A program made the position numbers and the translations under genes. DNA of 64,000 nucleotides from an uncultured bacterium (GTDB taxonomy: Bacteria > Fidelibacterota > Marinisomatia > Marinisomatales > UBA1611): assembly GCA_965660855.1 (NCBI GenBank), contig CBFIBM010000003.1:86382-150381 (forward strand), in the 5' to 3' direction. Positions 49,589 through 58,298 of the stretch are shown piece by piece (position 1 is the first letter of the stretch; every line of letters starts with the position of its first letter). The notes below the pieces were generated by a model that was not told the origin of the DNA, ran no database searches, and saw only the letters and a program-made list of their open reading frames with translations.

Positions 49589-49987
49589 ATGAAGTTGAGA
49601 TCAGATATTAATGCAATGACCGCCCTTGTTTATGGAGGAGCAGCATTCTTACTTGTTATCGTAGGGTTTAGGTCTATTCTAGCAACATTAGGAGATCATG
49701 TTGGTGTGATGACTTACTTATCTATTGCTGCACTTGGTTTAGAATTTGTACTTTTAATTTTATACGCAAAGGCTATTTATAACTTGGGTCCAGATTCAGG
49801 TGAAAGTAAAGTCAGCGCTGGGGCAAGTGTTGCGAACATGGATAGTAAAGAGATATCAGAGTTAACCAAAGCAGTAATAAAAGTTGCTGAAATGGGCGAG
49901 GGTTTAGCAAATCTCTCAAATGGGAAAGTTCGTGATGAAGTGAAAAAAGAGGTTAATGATATTCTTTCGAAAGCAATTAAGAAATAG
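49589..49987 (+). CDS. 132-aa two-TM inner-membrane protein, GldL/PorL-like (tentative)
   Basis: ALVYGGAAFLLVIVGF...GVMTYLSIAALGLEFVLLILYA parallels the remembered GldL N-terminus FAYGMGAAVVIVGALF...GTVMLSIGLLTEALIFALSAF, including the TM2 Glu (E52, codon 49742-49744). The cytoplasmic tail is short and helical. Confidence 0.45.
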   Translation: MKLRSDINAMTALVYGGAAFLLVIVGFRSILATLGDHVGVMTYLSIAALGLEFVLLILYAKAIYNLGPDSGESKVSAGASVANMDSKEISELTKAVIKVAEMGEGLANLSNGKVRDEVKKEVNDILSKAIKK

Positions 49988-49996
49988 GTCTATAAA

Positions 49997-51436
49997 ATGA
50001 AAAAAGTAGAAGTCTATTTTCTAATCAATCTTGGTGCTATACTTAGCCTGTTTGCTATTGAAGGTGAGCTGTCTATTTATATGCAAAGACAAGATGATAT
50101 TTTAAAGAATGTTGCTCAAGATAAGCTTCAAACGCTTGTTGAAATAAGCAATGTTGAATCAAATTATGATGATTCCGATTATTACAGGTTATTTTTCGAT
50201 GTTGAAGGACAATATGAACAAGGTTCAATCGAGTTTAATCCTAGTTTTACTACTCCAATTGTAGAGGTTGATGGCGACTCGATAAAAGTAGATGATTCAT
50301 ATGTATGGGAATTGGATTCTGTTAATATCGAGCCTTATACAGAAGAGGGGGATAAAAATAGATATGTAGCTAAGGTCAAGCTTGCATCCATTGAGGATAA
50401 CTATCTAAATCAACCCTTTGATATAAACCTAGGTGTGAATTTCATTCCCGCTATTGACACTGTTACTTACGCAAAATGGACAAAGGCGTTTGGAGATTAC
50501 ACAGTTACAGACAAATTGTTGAAGATAATCGATGATGAAGTTTCCTCAAAAGGAAGCTTTGAAATGGAGAGGGAATTTGACACCCCGGTAACACTGATTT
50601 ATATGGATGGTCAGCAAGCAGAGTTTTTTGTTTTGTTTGATAAAGAAAAGTATACTGTGTTAAGAGGTTTGGATTGGGAGATTCCGTTCAGTATTGGTGG
50701 GGTGAATTCTGAAGCTGATTTTGATATTGAGATATCAAGTGGCAAAGATTTAGTAAAAGAGTCTCAACCAGGGTTGCCAAGATCATTTATCAAAGGTAAA
50801 GGTACGAGTGATGGAACTGTTGAAATTGTTGGGCTGAGGAAAAGAGATAAAAAATCTAGTATTACTAAGGCTAAGATAGTAGTAGTGGATCCACAGTATA
50901 GTTCTCCAACTGAAGACAAAGAAATTTACATTGGAGAGCAGTATGTTTTTGATAGCAGAGTTAAAGATGTAGACAGAGATAGAATTTCTGTGAAAATTTC
51001 TGGATCTGCGGTAAACTCAAAAACTTTTAACTCTTACGAAGCAAAATTAAAACCTAAAAGTCGAGGAAAAGTTAAATTCCAAACTTTTGTTGATGGGAAA
51101 GCTGTAAAAGGATTATTTCGTGAAGTTTCTGTAAAGAAAATTCCACCGCCTAAGCTTGAGTTTAAGCGTTTAGGAAAAGGATCAAATAATATGATGGTTA
51201 CAGTTACAACATATGGAAATAATAATGGTAAAAAAGCTGTAGTCCCTCTCTCTGGTATTTATGGAAAACTAGACGAAGAGCAAGCTGAAAAACGGGTTGG
51301 AAATCGAAGAGTTGTTAAATACAGCTTTGAAATGGACGAGCCACAATTTGGAACAACCACTGAGATAAGAATAAAAGTTGTGGATAAATATAAAGCAGAA
51401 ACTGTCTCAGACAATGAATTTGAATATTATGATTAA
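49997..51436 (+). CDS. bitopic protein (N-terminal TM plus ~440-aa periplasmic Ig-like domains), GldM/PorM-like (tentative)
   Basis: Start is 9 nt after the GldL-like gene. The TM YFLINLGAILSLFAIEGEL can be compared with GldM MINLMYLVFIAMLALNVS. The late motif FREVSVKKIPPPKLEF resembles the GldM C-terminal F.V..iP.P motif. Confidence 0.4.
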   Translation: MKKVEVYFLINLGAILSLFAIEGELSIYMQRQDDILKNVAQDKLQTLVEISNVESNYDDSDYYRLFFDVEGQYEQGSIEFNPSFTTPIVEVDGDSIKVDDSYVWELDSVNIEPYTEEGDKNRYVAKVKLASIEDNYLNQPFDINLGVNFIPAIDTVTYAKWTKAFGDYTVTDKLLKIIDDEVSSKGSFEMEREFDTPVTLIYMDGQQAEFFVLFDKEKYTVLRGLDWEIPFSIGGVNSEADFDIEISSGKDLVKESQPGLPRSFIKGKGTSDGTVEIVGLRKRDKKSSITKAKIVVVDPQYSSPTEDKEIYIGEQYVFDSRVKDVDRDRISVKISGSAVNSKTFNSYEAKLKPKSRGKVKFQTFVDGKAVKGLFREVSVKKIPPPKLEFKRLGKGSNNMMVTVTTYGNNNGKKAVVPLSGIYGKLDEEQAEKRVGNRRVVKYSFEMDEPQFGTTTEIRIKVVDKYKAETVSDNEFEYYD

Positions 51437-53174
51437 AAAACACCATATTTCTACTCTCTTATTTTTAAGTAGCACTCTATTATTTGGTCAAAAATCAATC
51501 TACTGGGAAGTAGCTGATCCTGTTGTGAACAGCGAGTTCATCGAATCTTATATTAATAGATTGATTGAGGTTGATAAATTTGAGCAAAATACCATTCAAG
51601 CTTCTCATACAATCATTGTCCAAATGGATATTGAAAATGATAAAATTAGTTTAGAAAAACTCAAAGCTAAAAATTATCAAATGGGAGAGTACCAATCTTT
51701 TGATATGGAAGAAATTGAAAAGATGGATCCTGTCCAGATTAATACATTAATGTCGCGAGAGTACAAGTGGAAAGATGTAAGTCGAAGAGATTTGTCTGAG
51801 TTAGAAGCTTTTAGTACTGTAGATAATGTATTTCAAGAGCGTAGTTTTAAAGATGCTAGAGATGCATTTTGGTGGTCGAATTCTCAAATAAGCGTCAGTA
51901 CTGCTCAGAAGGTTTTTATTAGACAGAAAAGTAATAGTCTTGCATTTCGTTTGGAGAAGGGTTTTCTTGACCTTGGACTGTCAAGAGAATTGTCTGAAAA
52001 TTTGATTTTAGGCATTTCAAATGATGTTGTGAGCTCATATCTCATTATACCTGGAGCAACTAATTCTACAGCTATGGGTATTGGGCATCCTTTAGAAGGA
52101 AATTTAGGCTTTGGCTTTAAGTTTGACACTCATACTCTTGGTGGTCAGGTTAACTATATGGATGTCGATGGTCAGGATTATGACTATTCAAAAGTTTTTA
52201 GCAGAAAACATTTGGTGATCCCATCAAGTAGTGGACTATTATATTGGAGCAATACTTTCCAAATTAATAGAAATGTTGATTCCAAGTATGGTAATAAAGT
52301 TAAAGATCAAAAAAAAGAAAAAGCCAAAGCAGAAAAAGCAATCTCGAAATCTAGAGAATGGAATACTGGATCAGACAAATTTAATGGAGTATTTCAGGTA
52401 ATGGAAGAAGAGACTGTTACTTTTATTGTTGATAGAGATAATAAAGCACACAAGTTAGCAGAAAAGGGTAAAGAGTGGACGACAAAATCAGGAAGTGTTG
52501 TTAAAGCAGTTTTAACAAATAGAAACCCCAAAGAGATTACCCTGTTAAGAGCAAAGGATAATTTTAAAATTGTACTAAAATTAAGAGATCTATCCGAAGA
52601 GGATCAATCTTTTGTTGAAAGTTTAAAGTGGGATGGTAAAAAAACAAAAACTCTATCTATTGAGCAACTAAATCCCTCCGATCAACAGCTTATTAGAGCA
52701 GCGACAGGGACTGTGAAGGCAAGAAGCGGTAAAGGTCGTGAGCTAAAAGTCAGTGAACCATTTGCTTCAATGCGGTTGAAAGCAGGTCTTGCATTTACTC
52801 AATTTGTTCACGCTAGAGTTTTTGAAGATAATTTAGTATCGGTAATTGATCGTACGTCTGGCTCTAATTCATTAGGGTTTTATGCAAAAGTTGAGGGAGT
52901 GACAGATAGTAAAAGCTCCAAAGGGTATATCCAAGTAAATGTAGCAGGTAATGGATTTAAGGCATACGGGTTGGGTTTAGAGCATAATGTATGGAAAATG
53001 GTTAATTTAGGAGTGGATTTGACTCTTTACCCTGATAACAGTTTTATCGAATTTAAAAATGATCGAAATAATCCAGAAGATAAATGGAGATGGTATCCAG
53101 GGAGTCGCCCAGATGAAAATGGAAAGGGCGGAGGAACTCTTTTCTTTTCTCCTTATATTACTGTGAACTTCTAA
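51429..53174 (+). CDS. secreted probable outer-membrane beta-barrel protein with internal tandem SHD1-like domains
   Basis: ATG 51429 (ATGA-type overlap with the upstream stop) gives signal peptide MIKKHHISTLLFLSSTLLFGQ. C-terminal beta-signal LFFSPYITVNF. 52353-52625 encodes REWNTGSDKFNGVF... and KEWTTKSGSVVKAVL...IVLKLRDLSEEDQSFVESL. Confidence 0.5.
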   Translation: MIKKHHISTLLFLSSTLLFGQKSIYWEVADPVVNSEFIESYINRLIEVDKFEQNTIQASHTIIVQMDIENDKISLEKLKAKNYQMGEYQSFDMEEIEKMDPVQINTLMSREYKWKDVSRRDLSELEAFSTVDNVFQERSFKDARDAFWWSNSQISVSTAQKVFIRQKSNSLAFRLEKGFLDLGLSRELSENLILGISNDVVSSYLIIPGATNSTAMGIGHPLEGNLGFGFKFDTHTLGGQVNYMDVDGQDYDYSKVFSRKHLVIPSSSGLLYWSNTFQINRNVDSKYGNKVKDQKKEKAKAEKAISKSREWNTGSDKFNGVFQVMEEETVTFIVDRDNKAHKLAEKGKEWTTKSGSVVKAVLTNRNPKEITLLRAKDNFKIVLKLRDLSEEDQSFVESLKWDGKKTKTLSIEQLNPSDQQLIRAATGTVKARSGKGRELKVSEPFASMRLKAGLAFTQFVHARVFEDNLVSVIDRTSGSNSLGFYAKVEGVTDSKSSKGYIQVNVAGNGFKAYGLGLEHNVWKMVNLGVDLTLYPDNSFIEFKNDRNNPEDKWRWYPGSRPDENGKGGGTLFFSPYITVNF

Positions 53175-53187
53175 AAACGGAACTTAT

Positions 53188-55506
53188 ATGACTCTAGTAT
53201 TTAAATATTTTACAATTTTAGCTTTTTCATCAACGCTTATTTTTAGTCAAAATGAGTTAAAATTAAAAAAAGACAAAGCGCAGGTTACCGAGGATGAAAG
53301 CATTAAAATAGATGTCTTAAAAAATGACGGAATTAAAGATAAAAGTAACCTAATAATTAAGATTGAAAAACAAGCTCAAAAAGGAGTTGCCGTACTATCT
53401 GGGAAAATGATCGAGTATACCCCCAATAGTAATGAAAGTGGATCAGATAGTTTTACATACTCAGTTGATATTGGTACTGGAGCTGGTACAGCTGAAGTCT
53501 CTGTCAAAATTAAATCAGTAAATGATGAACCCACCGGACTTAGTCTTTCTAGTAAGACAATTAAAGAAAATAAACCTGAAGGGACATTAATTGGTAAGCT
53601 AATTGTTGATGATCCAGATATGAATGATACTTTCAACTTTGGTCTATCTAGAGATAGTAAAGCAGATTTTCGAATTGATGGTGAAAAGTTACTTTCAAAA
53701 AGATCATTTGATTATGAGGAGCAAAGTAAATATAATTTATCAATACAAGTATCAGACGCAGCAGGTGAATCTAATGTTTTTGATATAGCAGTGAATATTG
53801 AAAATGAAAATGAAGCTCCAAAACTCATTGGGGATAAAGACTTAAACATTAATCACCCGGAAGATGCGGGAAAAATTGTGGCAAGAATTCAAGTAGAAGA
53901 CCCTGATTCTGACCAATCGGGTCTTAAATACAAGCTTACTAAGAGTCTAGATAAGGAACATTTTAAAATCACTCGTAGTGGCGATATCTCATTTTTAAAA
54001 GAGCCGGATTTTGAAAACCCAAAAGATAAAAATAAAAATAATACTTATAATGTTTCATACAAAGTAACAGATAGTAAAGACCCTTCCCTTTCCATTGAAG
54101 GAGAAGTTACTATTAATCTTCTTGATGCTGAGGAAACAGAAGTTAAGGCTTTGGACAAAAGGAAATTTATTGCTTGGTCTGTAGATCATCAACCATATCA
54201 CATTTTGATGGAAGAAGCCGTAGAGGATTATTTGAAATTAAAATATTCTGATGATTCTATTGATGAGGCAGTTGATGATGGATATGGTGCTAGTATTCAG
54301 GAACTAAAGCCAACAGATCAAATTATTATTGTTCAGCAAAAAGGTAATAATAGTGAAATTTATGAAATTTGGTATGGTAACGGATTAGACTATACCATAA
54401 TCGATAGAGAAAAAGTGGATTGGATTTTTAGTCAGGATATACAATCTGTTCTTGTCACAAAAGATCAATATCTTAATAGTGATTCAGAGACAGTATTTCA
54501 TAAAAGTGAAAGTGATAGATTGATGGCTAGCTATGGAAATGAATTTTCTGTCTGGCACTCCAATAATTTCAAAATGTCACTTGCTTCCTTTTCTATGAGA
54601 TCGAATTTATTGCAATACGCATCTAATATGCGTGTAGGAAATAAATTAATAGGAATTCCAGGTGAGCTTGGTGCAGGGGCAGAATTTGGTATTGCGACAC
54701 AACGATCAGAATTTGGTTTTCGATTGCCAATTTCATTTGATTTTGCAACATCTAATTCTGATGGTATTGATTTACCAGAAGCTGATAATTTAGGGTTGTA
54801 TGCACGTGGAAATATTGAAAATTTATTTTCAACTAATACTGATTTTCATGGATTGATTGGGTTTTCTTTTTATTCACCAAGTGTTGGTAATGTTTTAAGT
54901 TCCCCTAAAGATTTAGAAAGTGACAGTACAAAGTGGGGGGCTATAAACGACTCCACTGAAAATATTAATATTTTAGATAGCTATGCTTTATTTGGTGCGA
55001 CTGTTCAAGTTCCAGTAAATGCACCTTTTATTGGTCGCTTAACCGCAACACCGGGTATTCATTACATAAAGATAGCCCACCGTTTAAAAGATAAGCGCTA
55101 TTCAGCAGATGATGACTTGTATGAAAGGCTTTATTATAATCAAATGTTTGAGCAAAATGATAGTACTTTGACTTTCAATTCAGAAAAATTAAATGATGAA
55201 AATGAATCTTTTACATCTCTATCATCTTTTTACTTACGATTTGATCTACTAGGGAAAATAGGGGAAAAGCCTAACGTAATTGAGAGATTATCATTCTTGG
55301 ATTTCATTAAAATTTCCAATGTCCCTTTTTATGAGGTTTCATTACAGTTTATTCCCGGTTTTAATACAATCAGCACACTGAATGTGAATTTCTCAGACCA
55401 ATTTGGCATGTCTTTGACACGTTTGTCTTCCGATGATGCATTAAAAGGAAATTGGATGCCAGAATCAAAACTTTGGTTTGGATTTAATTATCGTGCTAAT
55501 TTTTAA
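53188..55506 (+). CDS. secreted protein: bacterial cadherin-like repeats fused to a probable C-terminal outer-membrane beta-barrel
   Basis: Signal peptide. IDVLKNDG...YTPNSNESGSDSFTYSV. Two cadherin repeats end in VNDEP and ENEAP. The C-terminal ~440 aa show alternating strands and end in LWFGFNYRANF. Confidence 0.5.
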   Translation: MTLVFKYFTILAFSSTLIFSQNELKLKKDKAQVTEDESIKIDVLKNDGIKDKSNLIIKIEKQAQKGVAVLSGKMIEYTPNSNESGSDSFTYSVDIGTGAGTAEVSVKIKSVNDEPTGLSLSSKTIKENKPEGTLIGKLIVDDPDMNDTFNFGLSRDSKADFRIDGEKLLSKRSFDYEEQSKYNLSIQVSDAAGESNVFDIAVNIENENEAPKLIGDKDLNINHPEDAGKIVARIQVEDPDSDQSGLKYKLTKSLDKEHFKITRSGDISFLKEPDFENPKDKNKNNTYNVSYKVTDSKDPSLSIEGEVTINLLDAEETEVKALDKRKFIAWSVDHQPYHILMEEAVEDYLKLKYSDDSIDEAVDDGYGASIQELKPTDQIIIVQQKGNNSEIYEIWYGNGLDYTIIDREKVDWIFSQDIQSVLVTKDQYLNSDSETVFHKSESDRLMASYGNEFSVWHSNNFKMSLASFSMRSNLLQYASNMRVGNKLIGIPGELGAGAEFGIATQRSEFGFRLPISFDFATSNSDGIDLPEADNLGLYARGNIENLFSTNTDFHGLIGFSFYSPSVGNVLSSPKDLESDSTKWGAINDSTENINILDSYALFGATVQVPVNAPFIGRLTATPGIHYIKIAHRLKDKRYSADDDLYERLYYNQMFEQNDSTLTFNSEKLNDENESFTSLSSFYLRFDLLGKIGEKPNVIERLSFLDFIKISNVPFYEVSLQFIPGFNTISTLNVNFSDQFGMSLTRLSSDDALKGNWMPESKLWFGFNYRANF

Positions 55507-55577
55507 ATCCTAGATTCTTTATTTGAGGACTAAAGTAAAGAGAATTTTTTTTAATTAAAACCTGGACAAAGAACTAA

Positions 55578-58250
55578 ATGCTTTTTAGAACTTGTTACAT
55601 AATACTTTTTCTTTTTTCTTTACTTAATGCACAAACATCTATTCTTGACTCTAAAGAGCTTGGTATTACAAAACCTAAGAAGCTCATAGAAGCAATTCTT
55701 GGTGATAATATTGAGGCTCCAGGTGGATCTGCAGTTATCCTAGATGCTTCAAAATCAAGGCCTAACAATGGATCCTTGACCTTCGAGTGGTCTTTTCCTG
55801 AGAATCTTATTTTTGAAGATGATTATGAATATGATAAATCCCAAACAGTAATAACTTATTCATCTGAAGAATTAAAAGAGGTTCCTTTTCAAAATAAAAC
55901 TAGTATTAAAACACTTGTTACTAGAAATCAATATATAGAATTAGACCTTCCAAATTATACAACAGCTAAAACTTTTTCAATTATTCTCAAAGTTCAAAAC
56001 CATGTAGGTATGAAAGACTTTGATACATTATTTGTTAATCTAATACCTCCTATTAAAACTAGCTTACAAGTGGTTGATGTTGGAGATGAATATTTATCCA
56101 TTCAGGATAGCTCTGAGTCCGTTGGAGTCGAGTTAACAGAAACTATAATAGATGAATCGTTACTATCTATACAACCAATTAATAAAAATTTATTTAAACC
56201 AAGAGAAATTGATTTGATTAACTCTCTTATTTTTAATGAGATTAAAAACAAAGGATTTGATAATGTTTTAAATCCAAATAGGTACATATCAGAAGAGATA
56301 AAATTAAATAGACTTTATGAAAGATTTAAAATTGTTAAGGATACTGTAATAACTGAAAATAATCCTAGTGCACCAGCTGGACCATCTCTTATCCAAAAAA
56401 TCCAAAGTTTTTTTATTAAAGATAAAAATAATGATTCCCTAAAAACCACAACAACAGAAGATACATTAAATATTGTAATAAAAGGAAAAGATGACTCTAA
56501 TCTTGAAGTCGTATTAGCTGATGAAGAGGATCCTGATCTAAAAATAGATTCATTAAGTAATGACTCAACTGTAGTAACAGACTCAATCAATACGGAAAAT
56601 TTATTTAGCCTAGGGTTTTTTAAGTCCTTTTTTCAAAAATTTTCTAAAAAACAGGAAAATAATGTTATCTTAAAAGATAGTACCTCTTTAATTGTCGATG
56701 ATTCTTCCGTTGTTAAAAATATTACAAATAATGATATTCCTGTAACGGATATATCAGAAGAACTAAATAAAACCATTGAATATGATTCATCCCTTGTTTC
56801 AGCTGTTACCTATGATACCACTATTGTTGTAGACACACTGAAATATAATGTGGTCGTGGACACAACACTTTTCTATAATTTTTCCTGTGCCTCAGACTCT
56901 TGTGCAGGAGAAAATGCAATTTTAGAAGGAGCTGGTAAAGTTTTAACTTGGGGTCTAAACGATGATTCTGAGTTGGAGTTCCGTTATTTCTCAGTAGCAA
57001 ATCTTTTTAACGAAGATGTTCATTTTGATTGGGTAATCAGCAATGTCCAATTAAACCCTAGCTCAAAAGAAAAAATAATTTATCCAACCACTCTAGCAAC
57101 AAGTATCACTGGTAGTCTTTTTGTCGGAGAAGCAAACTCAAATAATATATTAGAAATAACAAAAGACCAGAATGCTCAAATAGTTGTAGAAGGGAATATT
57201 TTGAATGAAGAGCTTTCAAAACCATCAGGAATGGAAATAGGTTCAAACCAGGAAATATATTTTTCTGATAAATATAATAATAGAATTCTAATTAATTCTG
57301 GAGAAAGCTTCAGAACTCTTGTCAACAGTAAGAGTAAGTATAATAATCAAGATAACTCTTCTCCAATGGACCCTTCTTCAGTACGAATAGGACCAAATGG
57401 AGCAGTTTATGTATTATTCGATAAAGATGGATCGGTTTATAAGATTGCTAAAAGAGAAATTAGCACTATTCTAAATCCTAATTTACTAGATGGGATTGAT
57501 GATTTTGCGATTAATTCAAAAGGTGAAATTTTCATTTTAAGTACTGAAATGAAAAAAATCTATAAAATCATCAATAAAAATGAAATTATAACTATAGCTG
57601 GTTTAGACCGTCCTGATAAGAATAGAAAAATATATATGAAGAGGAAAGGTCCTAATTCTTTGAGCTTTTCAGGAACTGCATTAGAACCTGCTCTTATGAA
57701 TGATGTTCCTTCAAAAAAAATTCCATTTGGAAACCCTGTTAGTATTGATATTGATTTAAATGATAATCTTTACATTGCAGATGATGAATATGGAACCATT
57801 AGGAGAATTGATAAAGAGGGTACAATAAGCACATTTTTTGGGCCTAGCGATGAATTAAAAGGTGTTTCTCAAATTAGACTAACAAATGAAGAAAATTTTC
57901 AGATATATATTTCAAAACCATTTGCCCATGAATTAAAAAAGATTAGTTTGAGTGAAATTTCTCCATGGGTTAAAAAATCAACCATTGATCACCCTAGGTA
58001 TATAATTCAAGAAAAGGGTGTTTATGGACTTGAGGATCAATTAAATGAATCTCTCTCGTTCACATTAGATGAGATCTTACCAAAAGTAAGAAAAACGTTT
58101 TTGGAGCGAATTAGTAATCAAAATAAAAAGGTTACTAAATTTATGGGAAAGAATCCACTTTTCTGTGGTCTTTTATTACTACTTGTGAATCAAGGTGTCG
58201 CAGCTAGCCTTGAAGATCCACCTAAATTACCTCCAGATTTTCCATTTTAA
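55578..58250 (+). CDS. secreted PKD-like plus NHL-repeat beta-propeller protein with C-terminal hydrophobic anchor
   Basis: Signal peptide. APGGSAVILDASKSRPNNGSLTFEWSF (PKD-like). A low-complexity S/T/D/N linker. NHL-like blades (PSGMEIGSNQEIYFSDKYNNRIL, PVSIDIDLNDNLYIADDEYGTIRRI). The C-terminus reads PLFCGLLLLLVNQGVAASLEDPPKLPPDFPF. Confidence 0.5.
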   Translation: MLFRTCYIILFLFSLLNAQTSILDSKELGITKPKKLIEAILGDNIEAPGGSAVILDASKSRPNNGSLTFEWSFPENLIFEDDYEYDKSQTVITYSSEELKEVPFQNKTSIKTLVTRNQYIELDLPNYTTAKTFSIILKVQNHVGMKDFDTLFVNLIPPIKTSLQVVDVGDEYLSIQDSSESVGVELTETIIDESLLSIQPINKNLFKPREIDLINSLIFNEIKNKGFDNVLNPNRYISEEIKLNRLYERFKIVKDTVITENNPSAPAGPSLIQKIQSFFIKDKNNDSLKTTTTEDTLNIVIKGKDDSNLEVVLADEEDPDLKIDSLSNDSTVVTDSINTENLFSLGFFKSFFQKFSKKQENNVILKDSTSLIVDDSSVVKNITNNDIPVTDISEELNKTIEYDSSLVSAVTYDTTIVVDTLKYNVVVDTTLFYNFSCASDSCAGENAILEGAGKVLTWGLNDDSELEFRYFSVANLFNEDVHFDWVISNVQLNPSSKEKIIYPTTLATSITGSLFVGEANSNNILEITKDQNAQIVVEGNILNEELSKPSGMEIGSNQEIYFSDKYNNRILINSGESFRTLVNSKSKYNNQDNSSPMDPSSVRIGPNGAVYVLFDKDGSVYKIAKREISTILNPNLLDGIDDFAINSKGEIFILSTEMKKIYKIINKNEIITIAGLDRPDKNRKIYMKRKGPNSLSFSGTALEPALMNDVPSKKIPFGNPVSIDIDLNDNLYIADDEYGTIRRIDKEGTISTFFGPSDELKGVSQIRLTNEENFQIYISKPFAHELKKISLSEISPWVKKSTIDHPRYIIQEKGVYGLEDQLNESLSFTLDEILPKVRKTFLERISNQNKKVTKFMGKNPLFCGLLLLLVNQGVAASLEDPPKLPPDFPF

Positions 58251-58298
58251 TTAAATTTTTAATTCATTTATTATGAAACACTTCTTAAGGAGTTCATT

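Noticed and set aside
51379-51387. Perfect DnaA-box complement TGTGGATAA, and proximity of parAB, as a hint of oriC
   Set aside because: It is a single box inside a coding region 35 kb from parAB. No cluster of boxes, AT-rich unwinding element, or dnaA/dnaN is seen in the window.
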